Of a stretch of 64,000 bases of DNA, positions 29,227-38,906 are shown piece after piece; position 1 is the first letter of the stretch, and each line of letters starts with the position of its first letter. Where the stretch lies: assembly GCA_965203805.1 (NCBI GenBank), contig OZ241917.1, forward strand, positions 3,232,001-3,296,000, written 5' to 3'. The notes beneath the pieces are model-generated. The model worked only from the letters and a program-made list of their open reading frames with translations. It had not been told where the DNA came from and did no database searches. Origin of the DNA: Candidatus Latescibacterota bacterium. Its GTDB lineage: Bacteria; Latescibacterota; UBA2968; GCA-2709665. The position numbers and the translations under genes are program-made.

Positions 29227-30003
29227 CTATTTCCCGCCCTGACCGCCTGACTTTATATTCCCGATCAACTCGATGATGTCGTCCGTAACGTCCATTACGT
29301 GAACCCCCGCTGGCACGACGAATTCGAATTGTCCTTCGTTGAACTTTACGTTTGTCTTCATCGTCTCAAACCGCCGCGACAGCAGTTCCCGGCCCTGCGC
29401 GTTATAGTACCTCATCTCCCGTAACAGGCCATCCTCCGGGTGGACCGAGAAACGGACCCGGGCAGGCGGTTCCGGCAGGTCCGCATACAGCAGCGTGACC
29501 TCGGGTACGGCCTCGAACACGCGAAGGATCTCGCCCTTCAACGTGTCCGTCGCGGAATAGCGGATCGACTTCCACTCCAGCGCCCGGAAGGGGCGCAAGG
29601 GATTCGGCTGGTCCGCGTCCGCCTCGACCCGCGTCGACCGGTAGACCCTCGCCGTGTTGACACGATAGACGATCTTCTCCTCGGGGTCGTATCGCCACAA
29701 CAGGCTGCCGTCCGACACAATCGTCTGGCGGATCCGGCCGGCCAGCACACGCGTCACGTACATCCTGACCGGCGCCTGTATGGCGATATCGTCCAGAATC
29801 TCATATTGCTCGCCCTCCACGGTCAGCAGCGTTCTGACCCGGGTCTCACAGGTCTTAACCGATTTCAGCTTTTCCTGAATCGCGACCATCAGACCATCGG
29901 TTTTGGAATCGCCGGTTGACATTTTTTCCGCGCTCGCCCTTCCTCCCATTGCCGCCACACACAGCGCAAGAAAGAACGCCGGCGTTATCCGAACGGTAAA
30001 CAT
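29227..30003 (-). CDS. LolA-like outer-membrane lipoprotein carrier fold protein
   Basis: Signal peptide, IVSDGSLLWRYDP, FEFVVPAGV. Confidence 0.75.
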   Translation of the reverse strand: MFTVRITPAFFLALCVAAMGGRASAEKMSTGDSKTDGLMVAIQEKLKSVKTCETRVRTLLTVEGEQYEILDDIAIQAPVRMYVTRVLAGRIRQTIVSDGSLLWRYDPEEKIVYRVNTARVYRSTRVEADADQPNPLRPFRALEWKSIRYSATDTLKGEILRVFEAVPEVTLLYADLPEPPARVRFSVHPEDGLLREMRYYNAQGRELLSRRFETMKTNVKFNEGQFEFVVPAGVHVMDVTDDIIELIGNIKSGGQGGK

Positions 30004-30069
30004 GACGGAACTCCTTTCACGGCCGACAGGTTGCGAACTCCTGCCCTCGCATCCATCGTCAGGCGCCCG

Positions 30070-30810
30070 CTACAATTTACGGAAGATGACTCCCACAACC
30101 AGCCCCGCGGCCAGCGCCACGACAACCGAGACCACGCCGTACAGCCCCCCGTTCCGGAAGGCGACGTTGGAAATCGCCCGAACAAGCCCGGTTTTTTCGA
30201 CTGAAAACGTCCGGACCGTCTCCGAAACCGGATGGTGTTCCCGGAAGCAGTAGAGTGTCGCGCGATAGGTTCCGGGGCGCACTGCCGCCGGAATCCGGAA
30301 CTCAGATCGAAAAACGTTGAATGCGCCTTCCCTGTCCGACAACGCAATGGACGCGGGGCGCACCGCGTAGAATCCGCGTTGGGTCTCCAGACGCAGGAAC
30401 TCGTTGAACACGAATCCGTCATCGCCGGGAGGCGACTGTTCGATGGCGACGCTTTGCCGAAGCGCGTCAACTCCTTCCCCGATGGCTGCCAACTGCCGTG
30501 CGACGTCCGACGAATCGCTCGAAGCGGCGATCGCATAAAGGCCCGGCAGCGAGTCGAAGACGACACGGCCCGTGTTCATCCACAAAAGGCCGCGCTTTTC
30601 CTTTCTGCGATAGGCGACGGCGCGCGGTTCCCCATCCAGTTTCAAAACGACCCGGCAATCTTTCGGAACCGCCCCGGTTGCGACAAGCCTTGCGCCCCGG
30701 AAGAAAAGGTCGACCTCAACCCGCGAAGGAGACAACTGGAGCGACGGTTCCGCCGCACAGGGCGCGGAAAGAAGCGTCGTCAACAACCAGACCCAGACCC
30801 GGCCGGTCAT
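30070..30810 (-). CDS. TIGR02186-like membrane protein
   Basis: RKEKRGLLWMN, FSVEKTG, LYG C-terminal TM helix; follows the TauE gene. Confidence 0.8.
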   Translation of the reverse strand: MTGRVWVWLLTTLLSAPCAAEPSLQLSPSRVEVDLFFRGARLVATGAVPKDCRVVLKLDGEPRAVAYRRKEKRGLLWMNTGRVVFDSLPGLYAIAASSDSSDVARQLAAIGEGVDALRQSVAIEQSPPGDDGFVFNEFLRLETQRGFYAVRPASIALSDREGAFNVFRSEFRIPAAVRPGTYRATLYCFREHHPVSETVRTFSVEKTGLVRAISNVAFRNGGLYGVVSVVVALAAGLVVGVIFRKL

Positions 30811-31799
30811 CCGCGACCTCCCAGGACGGTAAGCAGAACAGGTGGTTCCGAGAGAAGCTCGACCAGCATGATCCCCATCACCAGGAGCACAATTGCCGCG
30901 AGAAACACCTTGAACTGCTCCGCCCCCAGACGCCGGCCGATCCGCACACCCGCCTGCGTCCCCAGCGTTGAGCCCGCAAGCAGCATCAAGGCAAGCACGA
31001 AGTCCACGGTATGGTTCGTAAAGGCATGCAAGAGGGTCACGTTGATGCAGGTAAACATCACTTGCAGGAGGCTGGTCCCGACCACCACCGGCATGGGCAT
31101 CTTCAACACGTACAGCATTGTCGGTACCATAATGAAGCCGCCGCCCACCCCCATAATCGCAGCGAGCATACCCACCAGGATTCCGAGGCCCAGCGGAACC
31201 AGCACGGACATGGTCGTACCGGCTGTTTCGAACCGAATTCTCCACGGCAACGCCCGGTTGAGCCCGGAAAACCAGGACGCCACCCGCGCCATCCGGTTCA
31301 CCAGGGCCAGAGGACGTTCCGCCCAGGTAATCCGGAACTCCTTCCTCGGGCGGCCCGCCGCCTTTGCCGCGGTTCCCGCGCGCAACCCCACGAACCCGTC
31401 CACAAACATAATGCCGCCCACCGACGCCAGCATGAGCACGTAGCTGATGTGGATGACCAGGTCCGCGCTCCCGGCGGCCCGCAGCACCTTGATCAGTTGC
31501 ACGCCGGCCGTACCGCCCGCGAAGCCGCCGACAATCAGAACGGCAGCCATCCGCAGATCCACGTTTTTCAACCGCCAGTGGGCATAGACGCCGGACGCCG
31601 ACGCCGCCACGATCTGATTGGCGTCGGATGCCGCGGCAATCGTGGGCGGGATTCCGATCATAATCAGCAGAGGCGTCAGCAGAAACCCGCCGCCCACGCC
31701 GAACAGACCGGAGAGCACGCCCACGCCGGCCCCCAGTGCCAACAGAAGCCACAAGTTGACGCTCGTTCCCGCTATAGGCAGGTACAGGGAGAGATCCAC
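30807..31799 (-). CDS. Sulfite exporter TauE/SafE family protein
   Basis: LYLPIA, GLFGVGGGFLLTP, MGVGGGF; AGGAGG RBS before GTG. Confidence 0.9.
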   Translation of the reverse strand: MDLSLYLPIAGTSVNLWLLLALGAGVGVLSGLFGVGGGFLLTPLLIMIGIPPTIAAASDANQIVAASASGVYAHWRLKNVDLRMAAVLIVGGFAGGTAGVQLIKVLRAAGSADLVIHISYVLMLASVGGIMFVDGFVGLRAGTAAKAAGRPRKEFRITWAERPLALVNRMARVASWFSGLNRALPWRIRFETAGTTMSVLVPLGLGILVGMLAAIMGVGGGFIMVPTMLYVLKMPMPVVVGTSLLQVMFTCINVTLLHAFTNHTVDFVLALMLLAGSTLGTQAGVRIGRRLGAEQFKVFLAAIVLLVMGIMLVELLSEPPVLLTVLGGRG

Positions 31800-32073
31800 G
31801 CCGTCCTCCTGAAAAACGCGCTGCGAGACGCGAACGAGACAGCTCTCATAATCTCCCACGCGGGGTGAAAAGTCAAGCGGAAACCCGGGTTCAACGTCCG
31901 CCACGGACGCGGTAATCTCCGCCGGAACGGGGCCCGGTCGGCGCACGAAAAACCGCGGCCGCCCAGTGCTCAGGCCGTCCCAATTTCTCTTTCAAATTCG
32001 GGCGCAACGGCTTAGATTTCGATCCGGTAATCCATACGCGCCACCCGTCACTTCTTTGCTGAGGAGCGCATTC

Positions 32074-33750
32074 ATGCCTCGCCTGACCGGCGGCCGGTTC
32101 ATCGCCGAAATGTTCCACGGATACGGCGTCACCCACGTGTTCTTCATGCCCGTGATCGCACCTCTCGCTCTAATGGAAATGGAACGGCTGGGAATCCGGC
32201 GCATCATGACCCACGGCGAGAAAAGCGCGGCCTATATGGCCGACGCCTATGCGCGCGTCCGCCGGGGCGCGGGCATCTGCATGGCGCAATCCGTGGGCGC
32301 TGCCAACCTCGCTGCCGGGCTGCAGGACGCGTACCTCGCGTGTTCTCCCGTGATTGCCATCACCGGGCGCCAGACCCAGATCAACCGGCACCGGCACGCG
32401 TACCAGGAAGTGGACCACGTTGCGCCGTTCGATGCCGTCACGAAGTACAACGTCCTGGTGGACCGGCCCGAGCAGTTGCCCTATTTCCTCCGGCAGGCCT
32501 TCAGGGAAGCCACCACGGCAACGCCCGGGCCGGTACACCTCGACATGGCGGGATTCATTGGAGAGGCGGTCGTGAACGACGAGGCCGATCTGGACGTGGT
32601 GGCCGAAGAACCCTTCGCCAAACTGCCCCCCTTCCGGCCCGAGCCCGATCCGGAAGCCGTCCACGGGGCGATCGATCTGCTCGCGGCCGCGGAACGGCCC
32701 ATTATCGTCGCCGGCGGCGGGGTCATCGCCTCGGGCGCCGGGGCGGAGCTTCAGGATTTCGCGGAGAAGCTCGCCATTCCGGTCGCAACGTCGTTGAACG
32801 CCAAAGAGGCCCTTCCCTGGAACCATCCCCTCGGCGTGGGCGTGTGCGGGCTATATTCCCGCGAATGCGCGAACCGCGCCGTTTGCGAGGCCGACCTGGT
32901 CTTCTTTATCGGCAGCCACACCGGCGGACAGGTCACGAACGACTGGACGGTCCCTCCGGCCGGCACCCGTGTCATCCAGCTCGACATCAACCCGGCCGAA
33001 ATCGGACGCTCCTACCCGATCCGCCTCGGGATTCAGGCCGACGCGAAAGCCGGGTTGTCGAGGCTGATCGACGCCGCGGACGGGGCCGTCACGCGCAACG
33101 AGTGGACGTCGCGCGTCCGGCAACTCACCGCCCAATGGCGGGAGCGCGTGGCCCCGTACGTCAACTCGGATGAATTACCCATCCGTCCGGAGCGCCTCTG
33201 CCGGGAACTGACCCGGCACCTGCCCTCCGACGCCATTCTCGTTTCCGATACCGGACACGCCGGAATATGGACCGGTACCATGATCGATCTCAACCATCCG
33301 CGTCAGTCCTATATCCGATGCTCCGGCTCCCTCGGCTGGGGCATTCCCGCGGCCGTCGGCGCCCGGTGCGCCGCTCCGGACCGGCCGGTCGTGTGCTTTA
33401 CGGGCGACGGCGGCATCTGGTATCACGTCACGGAACTGGACACGGCCGTTCGAAACGACATACCCGTTGTCATCGTGGTGAACAACAACCATTCCCTGAA
33501 CCAGGAAAAGGGGATCAACGAAGATATCTACGGAGGCCCGGAACCGGGGTCCGACGAACTCTGGCACATGACCGACGGAGACTTTGCGAAAATGGCGGAA
33601 TCGATGGACTGCGCGGGCATTACGGTCCGGCGCGCCGCGGAGTTCGGGAGCGCCCTGGAGCGGGCGATCGGGTCGGGACGACCGGCCGTTATCGACGTCA
33701 AGACCCACATAGACGGGATCGCGCCGCAGGCCTGGTCGCCGCCGGCCTGA
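32074..33750 (+). CDS. Thiamine pyrophosphate-binding protein (acetolactate synthase-like)
   Basis: GPVHLD, GDGG...NN TPP motif. Confidence 0.9.
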   Translation: MPRLTGGRFIAEMFHGYGVTHVFFMPVIAPLALMEMERLGIRRIMTHGEKSAAYMADAYARVRRGAGICMAQSVGAANLAAGLQDAYLACSPVIAITGRQTQINRHRHAYQEVDHVAPFDAVTKYNVLVDRPEQLPYFLRQAFREATTATPGPVHLDMAGFIGEAVVNDEADLDVVAEEPFAKLPPFRPEPDPEAVHGAIDLLAAAERPIIVAGGGVIASGAGAELQDFAEKLAIPVATSLNAKEALPWNHPLGVGVCGLYSRECANRAVCEADLVFFIGSHTGGQVTNDWTVPPAGTRVIQLDINPAEIGRSYPIRLGIQADAKAGLSRLIDAADGAVTRNEWTSRVRQLTAQWRERVAPYVNSDELPIRPERLCRELTRHLPSDAILVSDTGHAGIWTGTMIDLNHPRQSYIRCSGSLGWGIPAAVGARCAAPDRPVVCFTGDGGIWYHVTELDTAVRNDIPVVIVVNNNHSLNQEKGINEDIYGGPEPGSDELWHMTDGDFAKMAESMDCAGITVRRAAEFGSALERAIGSGRPAVIDVKTHIDGIAPQAWSPPA

Positions 33751-33770
33751 AACGGGAAGGGAATGCCCCT

Positions 33771-34652
33771 GTGTCCTCATCAGACGTAGACGGTCTCAAG
33801 CTTCTGGTCGTGGTCGCCCATCCGCACGACCTGTGCCACATGGGGGGCACCTGCGCCCACCACGTGGACCGCGGCGACCGCGTTTCCGTGGTGGCGATCA
33901 CCGCCGGGCAGCGCACACACAACGAAAAACTGGCCGACGAACTGCGCAAGCCGCCGGACCTGAGAGATCCGCAGGTGGTCCATGCATCGCAGGAAGATTA
34001 CGCGAAACGCAAGACAGAGGAATTCACAAGGGCATGCGCCGTCTTCGGCGTCACCGACGCGACCGTACTGCCGTTCTCCGATCATCCCCTCGAAGCGACC
34101 GGGGACGTGGTTGCCGCCGTCGCCGGGGTCCTGTACGAGGTCCGTCCTCACATGATTCTGACCCACGCGCCTTACACGCTGCCCGACCGGCGTTTTCAAT
34201 ATGCCTGGGTCAACGACCATACCGCAACCGGCATTGCAGTGCAAAAGGCGCTCAACCACGTGGGCATCCCCGACACCGAGCACGGCCGCGCGCCCCACAG
34301 AGTGGCCGCCATCTACTATACGGGCATCGATTACGGGTTCCACGAGGTCGACGTCTGTATCGATATCTCCGAGCACGTCGACAAGCGGATAGAGGCCGAG
34401 CAAATCTTCGAGTCCCAGGGGCACACGGCGGAATTCGCGAGAAAGCGGATCGAGTCCAGCGCCGGATTTCAGGGATGGAAGGCCGGCACCGGCTACGCCG
34501 AGACCTTCATCCGCGGGTACCGGGAGATTTCCAGGTTTCTGTCCGTCACCGAGGAGAACCTCCGGCTCGCGGGGAGCTCTCACGAGGAACGCCTGCGCTG
34601 GATCACGGGACGAGATCCACACAGCGGCGGGGAGGCCGGGGCGGGCAGATAG
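33771..34652 (+). CDS. PIG-L family deacetylase
   Basis: VVAHPHD...GGT, NDH, SQ, YAETF. Start inferred. Confidence 0.8.
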   Translation: MSSSDVDGLKLLVVVAHPHDLCHMGGTCAHHVDRGDRVSVVAITAGQRTHNEKLADELRKPPDLRDPQVVHASQEDYAKRKTEEFTRACAVFGVTDATVLPFSDHPLEATGDVVAAVAGVLYEVRPHMILTHAPYTLPDRRFQYAWVNDHTATGIAVQKALNHVGIPDTEHGRAPHRVAAIYYTGIDYGFHEVDVCIDISEHVDKRIEAEQIFESQGHTAEFARKRIESSAGFQGWKAGTGYAETFIRGYREISRFLSVTEENLRLAGSSHEERLRWITGRDPHSGGEAGAGR

Positions 34653-34798
34653 TCCGAAGGGCCGGGCGCCGCCTGTCGAAGTTGCGGTCCGGGCACGCGG
34701 GTTTGCTGTTGCCCGCGGGGGCCGGATTCCACATATTCCCGCGTCCACGTACGATCATCGCACACGCATTCCACAACCCGATGGCAAGGAAGGTCTTT

Positions 34799-36364
34799 AT
34801 GCAAAACGTCTGTTGTCGTTCCGCTGTCATTCTCAGTTCGATCCTGCTTCTGATTCTCGCCGCTCCAGGCATGGCATTTGCGCAGGATACCGCCGCTTCC
34901 GAAACGGGTAACAGCTGGGTACAGAGCAACCTCGCCGACCTGGACCGGCTCTTCGGAAATACGGTCGAACTGCTGGCCGCGGTCCTCTTCGCGTCCTTCG
35001 GCACCGGCATTCCGCTCATCGTCGTGGTGCTGCTTCTGGGCGGCATCTATTATTCCTTCTTCTTCGGATGGATCTCCGTGAAGGGGTTTCGCCACTCCAT
35101 CGACGTCATCCGGGGACGCTACGACAATCCGGACGATCCGGGGGAGATTTCACACTTCCAGGCGCTTACCAGCGCGCTTTCTGCGACGGTCGGACTCGGA
35201 AACATCGCGGGCGTCGCCATCGCCGTCAGTCTCGGCGGCCCGGGAGCGATTTTCTGGATGCTCGTTACCGCGGTGTTCGGCATGTCCTCCAAGCTCGCTT
35301 CGTGCACCCTGGCCGTCATGTACCGGAAGATACACCCCGACGGCCGCGTCGCGGGCGGGCCGATGTATTACCTGGAAAACGGCCTTAAACGCAAGGGTAT
35401 GGGGGAATTCGGCCGTACCCTGGCAGTCATGTTCGCCTTTCTGACCGTGGGCGGAAGCCTGGGCGGCGGCAATATGTTCCAGGCCAATCAGACGCTGGAA
35501 ATCCTGGGTACCGTTTCGCCGGTCTTCAAGACCTACAACTGGCTGGTCGGCATCGGGCTCGCCGCCATGGTCGCCGTCGTGATCATCGGAGGCATCCGGC
35601 GGATCGGCCGCGTCACGTCGCGGGTGGTGCCCACGATGTGCCTGTTGTACGTGGCCACGTGCCTGCTGATCATCGTTTCCAACTTTACCCGGATTCCGGA
35701 ACTGCTGGCCACGATCTTCAGCCACGCCTTTTCGCCCCAGGCGCTCTACGGCGGCTTCATCGGCGTGCTGGTCACCGGCATCAAACGCGCCGCGTTCTCG
35801 AACGAAGCGGGCCTCGGGTCCGCGGCGTTCGCGCACGCCGCCGCCAGGACCGACGAACCCGCCAGGGAGGGAATGGTCGCGATGATCGGGCCGTTCATCG
35901 ACACGATCATCATTTGCCTGATGACGGGCCTCGTCTGTCTGATCACCGGCGTCTACTCGGATCCGCAGTTCCTCGGCCAGGCCCAGCAGGGTCAGCCGGT
36001 CGGCGCCGCGATGACGGCGGCCGCTTTCGAGACGTTCATCCCCGGCGCCCGCCATGTGCTGGCCATTGCCGTTGTACTCTTCGCGTATTCCACCATGATT
36101 TCATGGTCCTATTACGGCGAGCGGGCCTGGGAGTATCTCTTCGGCGACGGGACGATTCTTGTGTACCGCATCATCTTCGTCGTCTTTGTCTTCCTGGGCG
36201 CCGTTACCGCGCTGACCAACGTACTGAACTTTACCGACATGATGATTCTGGGAATGGCCTTCCCCAACATCATCGGCGGCGTGATCCTCAGCCCCCAGAT
36301 CAAGGCAACGCTCAACGACTACTGGGACCGCCTGAAATCCGGGCAGATGAAGGTGTACAAGTAA
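34799..36364 (+). CDS. Alanine/glycine:cation symporter (AgcS family)
   Basis: ATVGLGNIAGVA, GGPMYY, FSNEAGLGS, PFIDT. Confidence 0.93.
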   Translation: MQNVCCRSAVILSSILLLILAAPGMAFAQDTAASETGNSWVQSNLADLDRLFGNTVELLAAVLFASFGTGIPLIVVVLLLGGIYYSFFFGWISVKGFRHSIDVIRGRYDNPDDPGEISHFQALTSALSATVGLGNIAGVAIAVSLGGPGAIFWMLVTAVFGMSSKLASCTLAVMYRKIHPDGRVAGGPMYYLENGLKRKGMGEFGRTLAVMFAFLTVGGSLGGGNMFQANQTLEILGTVSPVFKTYNWLVGIGLAAMVAVVIIGGIRRIGRVTSRVVPTMCLLYVATCLLIIVSNFTRIPELLATIFSHAFSPQALYGGFIGVLVTGIKRAAFSNEAGLGSAAFAHAAARTDEPAREGMVAMIGPFIDTIIICLMTGLVCLITGVYSDPQFLGQAQQGQPVGAAMTAAAFETFIPGARHVLAIAVVLFAYSTMISWSYYGERAWEYLFGDGTILVYRIIFVVFVFLGAVTALTNVLNFTDMMILGMAFPNIIGGVILSPQIKATLNDYWDRLKSGQMKVYK

Positions 36365-36379
36365 CCGCGCACATCCGCA

Positions 36380-36420
36380 AAAGAGGGGCGCTGCAACTCG
36401 CAGCGCCCCTCTTTTTATTT
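36380..36420 (+). terminator. Intrinsic terminator
   Basis: AAGAGGGGCGCTGC-aactc-GCAGCGCCCCTCTT followed by a T-tract. Confidence 0.8.
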
Positions 36421-36424
36421 GGGA

Positions 36425-37880
36425 ATCGGTGAGACGGGAGAAGGAAAAATGAAGAATTAAGAATGAAAACCTGAAGGCGGGGAGACGGTAGAGGAAACGA
36501 CCCGCTGGTTCCGGTTTGCCTATGGCATCCTGACAGGGCGCCTGTCGGCGGACAAACACCCGTTGGAACTGCGTTCCGGGCGATCCCAAACTTCACATCT
36601 CTAATTTACTTTTTTCTTCTTCGTCCTTTTTCTTATCCACGTGTACGGACCAAAAAGAAGCGTGCCTGCCTGCCGAGCAGGCTTCGGCGCAGGCAGGCCG
36701 CTCAAACGCCGCGGGGCTGCTTTTCCGCGAACCGCTTCCGTGGAGACACCGGGAGACGTTGCCCTGAAACCCTTACAGGCGTACCTGGACGACGTTGCTG
36801 GACGGACTCGCGCGGAAAAGCCCCATCCCCACCGCCATGCGCTTGAGTGAACTGCGCGAGGTTTGATGCATTTGTGATCTTGACGATTATGCGCTTGAGA
36901 ACCCCCGACACCCCCCCCCAACCTACCCCCTATCCCCCTTCCCGAAGGAAGGGGGAACGGCGATCCTATCAGGGAGTCCTGGTTGTCTCCCCCTCTCCCC
37001 CCGGGAGAGGGGGTTGGGGGGAGAGGTCTGCGGGGCTGGGAGTGGTTCGCTCCTGGCTGCTTCGTTTTTCTTCGTGTCTTCGTGCCTTTGTGTGAGCTGA
37101 CTTTGAATCTTGTTCTGACTATCGCTTCTGTTTCTGGCTGACTGCTGCTTTTCCCCCCTCCTCAGACCTACCCCCTAGCCCCCTTCCTGTGAGGAAGGGG
37201 GAACGGCGATGGGTCGATGGACCAGGCATGCAGACGTGCCGGCTGGCGAATTCCTGTCTATCAGTGTATCTATAGATGACCGGCACGCGATGACTGTCTT
37301 TTCTCCCCCTCTCCCCTTGGGAGAGGGGGCCTGCCTGCCGAGCAGAACTCGGCGCAGGCAGGCCGGGGGGAGAGGTCGCGTAAAAGCGGTGAGACGTAAG
37401 AGGTTAGACGGTAGATGAAGGCGGTGAGACGGTAGAGGTTAGACGGTAGATAATAACGTTACCACAGTGTTTTCACGCTAACCGTGCCTGTTTCTTTACC
37501 GATATGGTAACGACAAGAAAGACCATAGGGCACTGATATCATCTCCCGTCTTACGTCTCACGTCTCCCCGCCTTTCAGACCTACCCCCTAGCCCCCTTCC
37601 TGTGAGGAAGGGGGAACGGCGATGGGTCGATGGACTGGGCATGCAGACGTGCCGGGCTGGCGATTTCCTGTCAATCAGTGTATCTATAGATGACCGGCAC
37701 GCGATGCCTGTCTCTTCTCCCCCTCTCCCCCCGGGAGAGGGGGTTGGGGGGAGAGGTCTGCGGGGCTGGGGGTGGTTCGCTCCTGGCTGCTTTGTTTTTC
37801 TTCGTGTCTTCGTGCCTTTGTGTGAGCTGATTTTCGCTCTTGACTCAAGCTGATTGCTGATGGCTGATTGCTGTTTTTCG
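36425..37880 (+). repeat. Mosaic intergenic repeat locus 5
   Basis: Divergent module A, three REP-arm units (two with a duplicated cargo), core C2. Confidence 0.9.
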
Positions 37881-38855
37881 CTATACATCCGCAATCGACA
37901 CGGGTTCGCCGGTTTCGAGAGACCGGTTCACCGCCACCACGACCTCCTGGGTCCTTACGGCATCCGAGTACGGACATCGCAGCTTCGATCCGTCGCCGGT
38001 ACGCACCGCTTCGATGAAGGCGTTGTCCATCTCCTGCCAGTAGGGGTTGCCGACCTCGATATGTTCCGACCGGTCGCCCTGTACAACGGTAATGGACTTT
38101 CTCTCGTTGTACTGGATCACCATATCCTTCGTGAAAATATCCAGCCCGCCGCGATGGCCGCACGACAGGAAACAGGCCGAAAAGAGCGTTGCCAGCGTGC
38201 CGTTTTCGAAAATCAACGTGGCCGCGCTCGCGTCTTCAATATCGTAGTCCTCCACGTCCGTCATCAACCCCGTACGGCCCCCGGCGAACACGGTTTTCAC
38301 CTCGCCGAAGAGATACCGGGCCATATCGGTCACGTGGACCGTCTGCTCGACGGCCTGCCCCCCGGACATCTGCTTCCGCCGCCACCAGGGGGTGCCCGGC
38401 AGCCCGCCCATCCAGTACCCGATGGCCAGCCCGACCGGACGGTCCGCAAGAAGGTCCCGCGTCCTGTCGATAATGTCCAGGTACCGGCCCTGGAAACCCA
38501 CGCAGGAGATCACGCCGTGCTCCCGGATGGCCGCGTCCGCCTCCCGCGCCGTATCCATGCCGAGCGAGATCGGCTTCTCGACAAAGAGCGCGATTCCCTT
38601 CTCCGCGGCCATAATCTCCTGCGTCTCGTGCGCAAATGGAGGGATGCAGATGTAGACCGCATCCAGTTCCACGTTGTTCAGCATGGACCGGTAATCCGTG
38701 AATACCTTCGCATCCCACTCCGCCGCGGCCTCGGCGGCCTTCGCCCGTTCCACGTCGCAAACGGCCACCACCGACACGTCGTCCATGACTTTCAAATGCC
38801 GGCGATGCGCGCGTGAGATGTTTCCCGCGCCGATGAACCCGACTTTCACCGTCAT
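37881..38855 (-). CDS. Gfo/Idh/MocA family oxidoreductase
   Basis: GFIGAGNI, VEKP, SGGQAVEQTVH. Confidence 0.92.
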   Translation of the reverse strand: MTVKVGFIGAGNISRAHRRHLKVMDDVSVVAVCDVERAKAAEAAAEWDAKVFTDYRSMLNNVELDAVYICIPPFAHETQEIMAAEKGIALFVEKPISLGMDTAREADAAIREHGVISCVGFQGRYLDIIDRTRDLLADRPVGLAIGYWMGGLPGTPWWRRKQMSGGQAVEQTVHVTDMARYLFGEVKTVFAGGRTGLMTDVEDYDIEDASAATLIFENGTLATLFSACFLSCGHRGGLDIFTKDMVIQYNERKSITVVQGDRSEHIEVGNPYWQEMDNAFIEAVRTGDGSKLRCPYSDAVRTQEVVVAVNRSLETGEPVSIADV

Positions 38856-38906
38856 TTACATTTCCTTTACGGTATTCGATCCCAACCCGCCGGTTACGGC
38901 CGGTTT

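Noticed and set aside
34653-34798. Glycine riboswitch upstream of the alanine/glycine symporter
   Set aside because: The conserved aptamer motifs are not visible.
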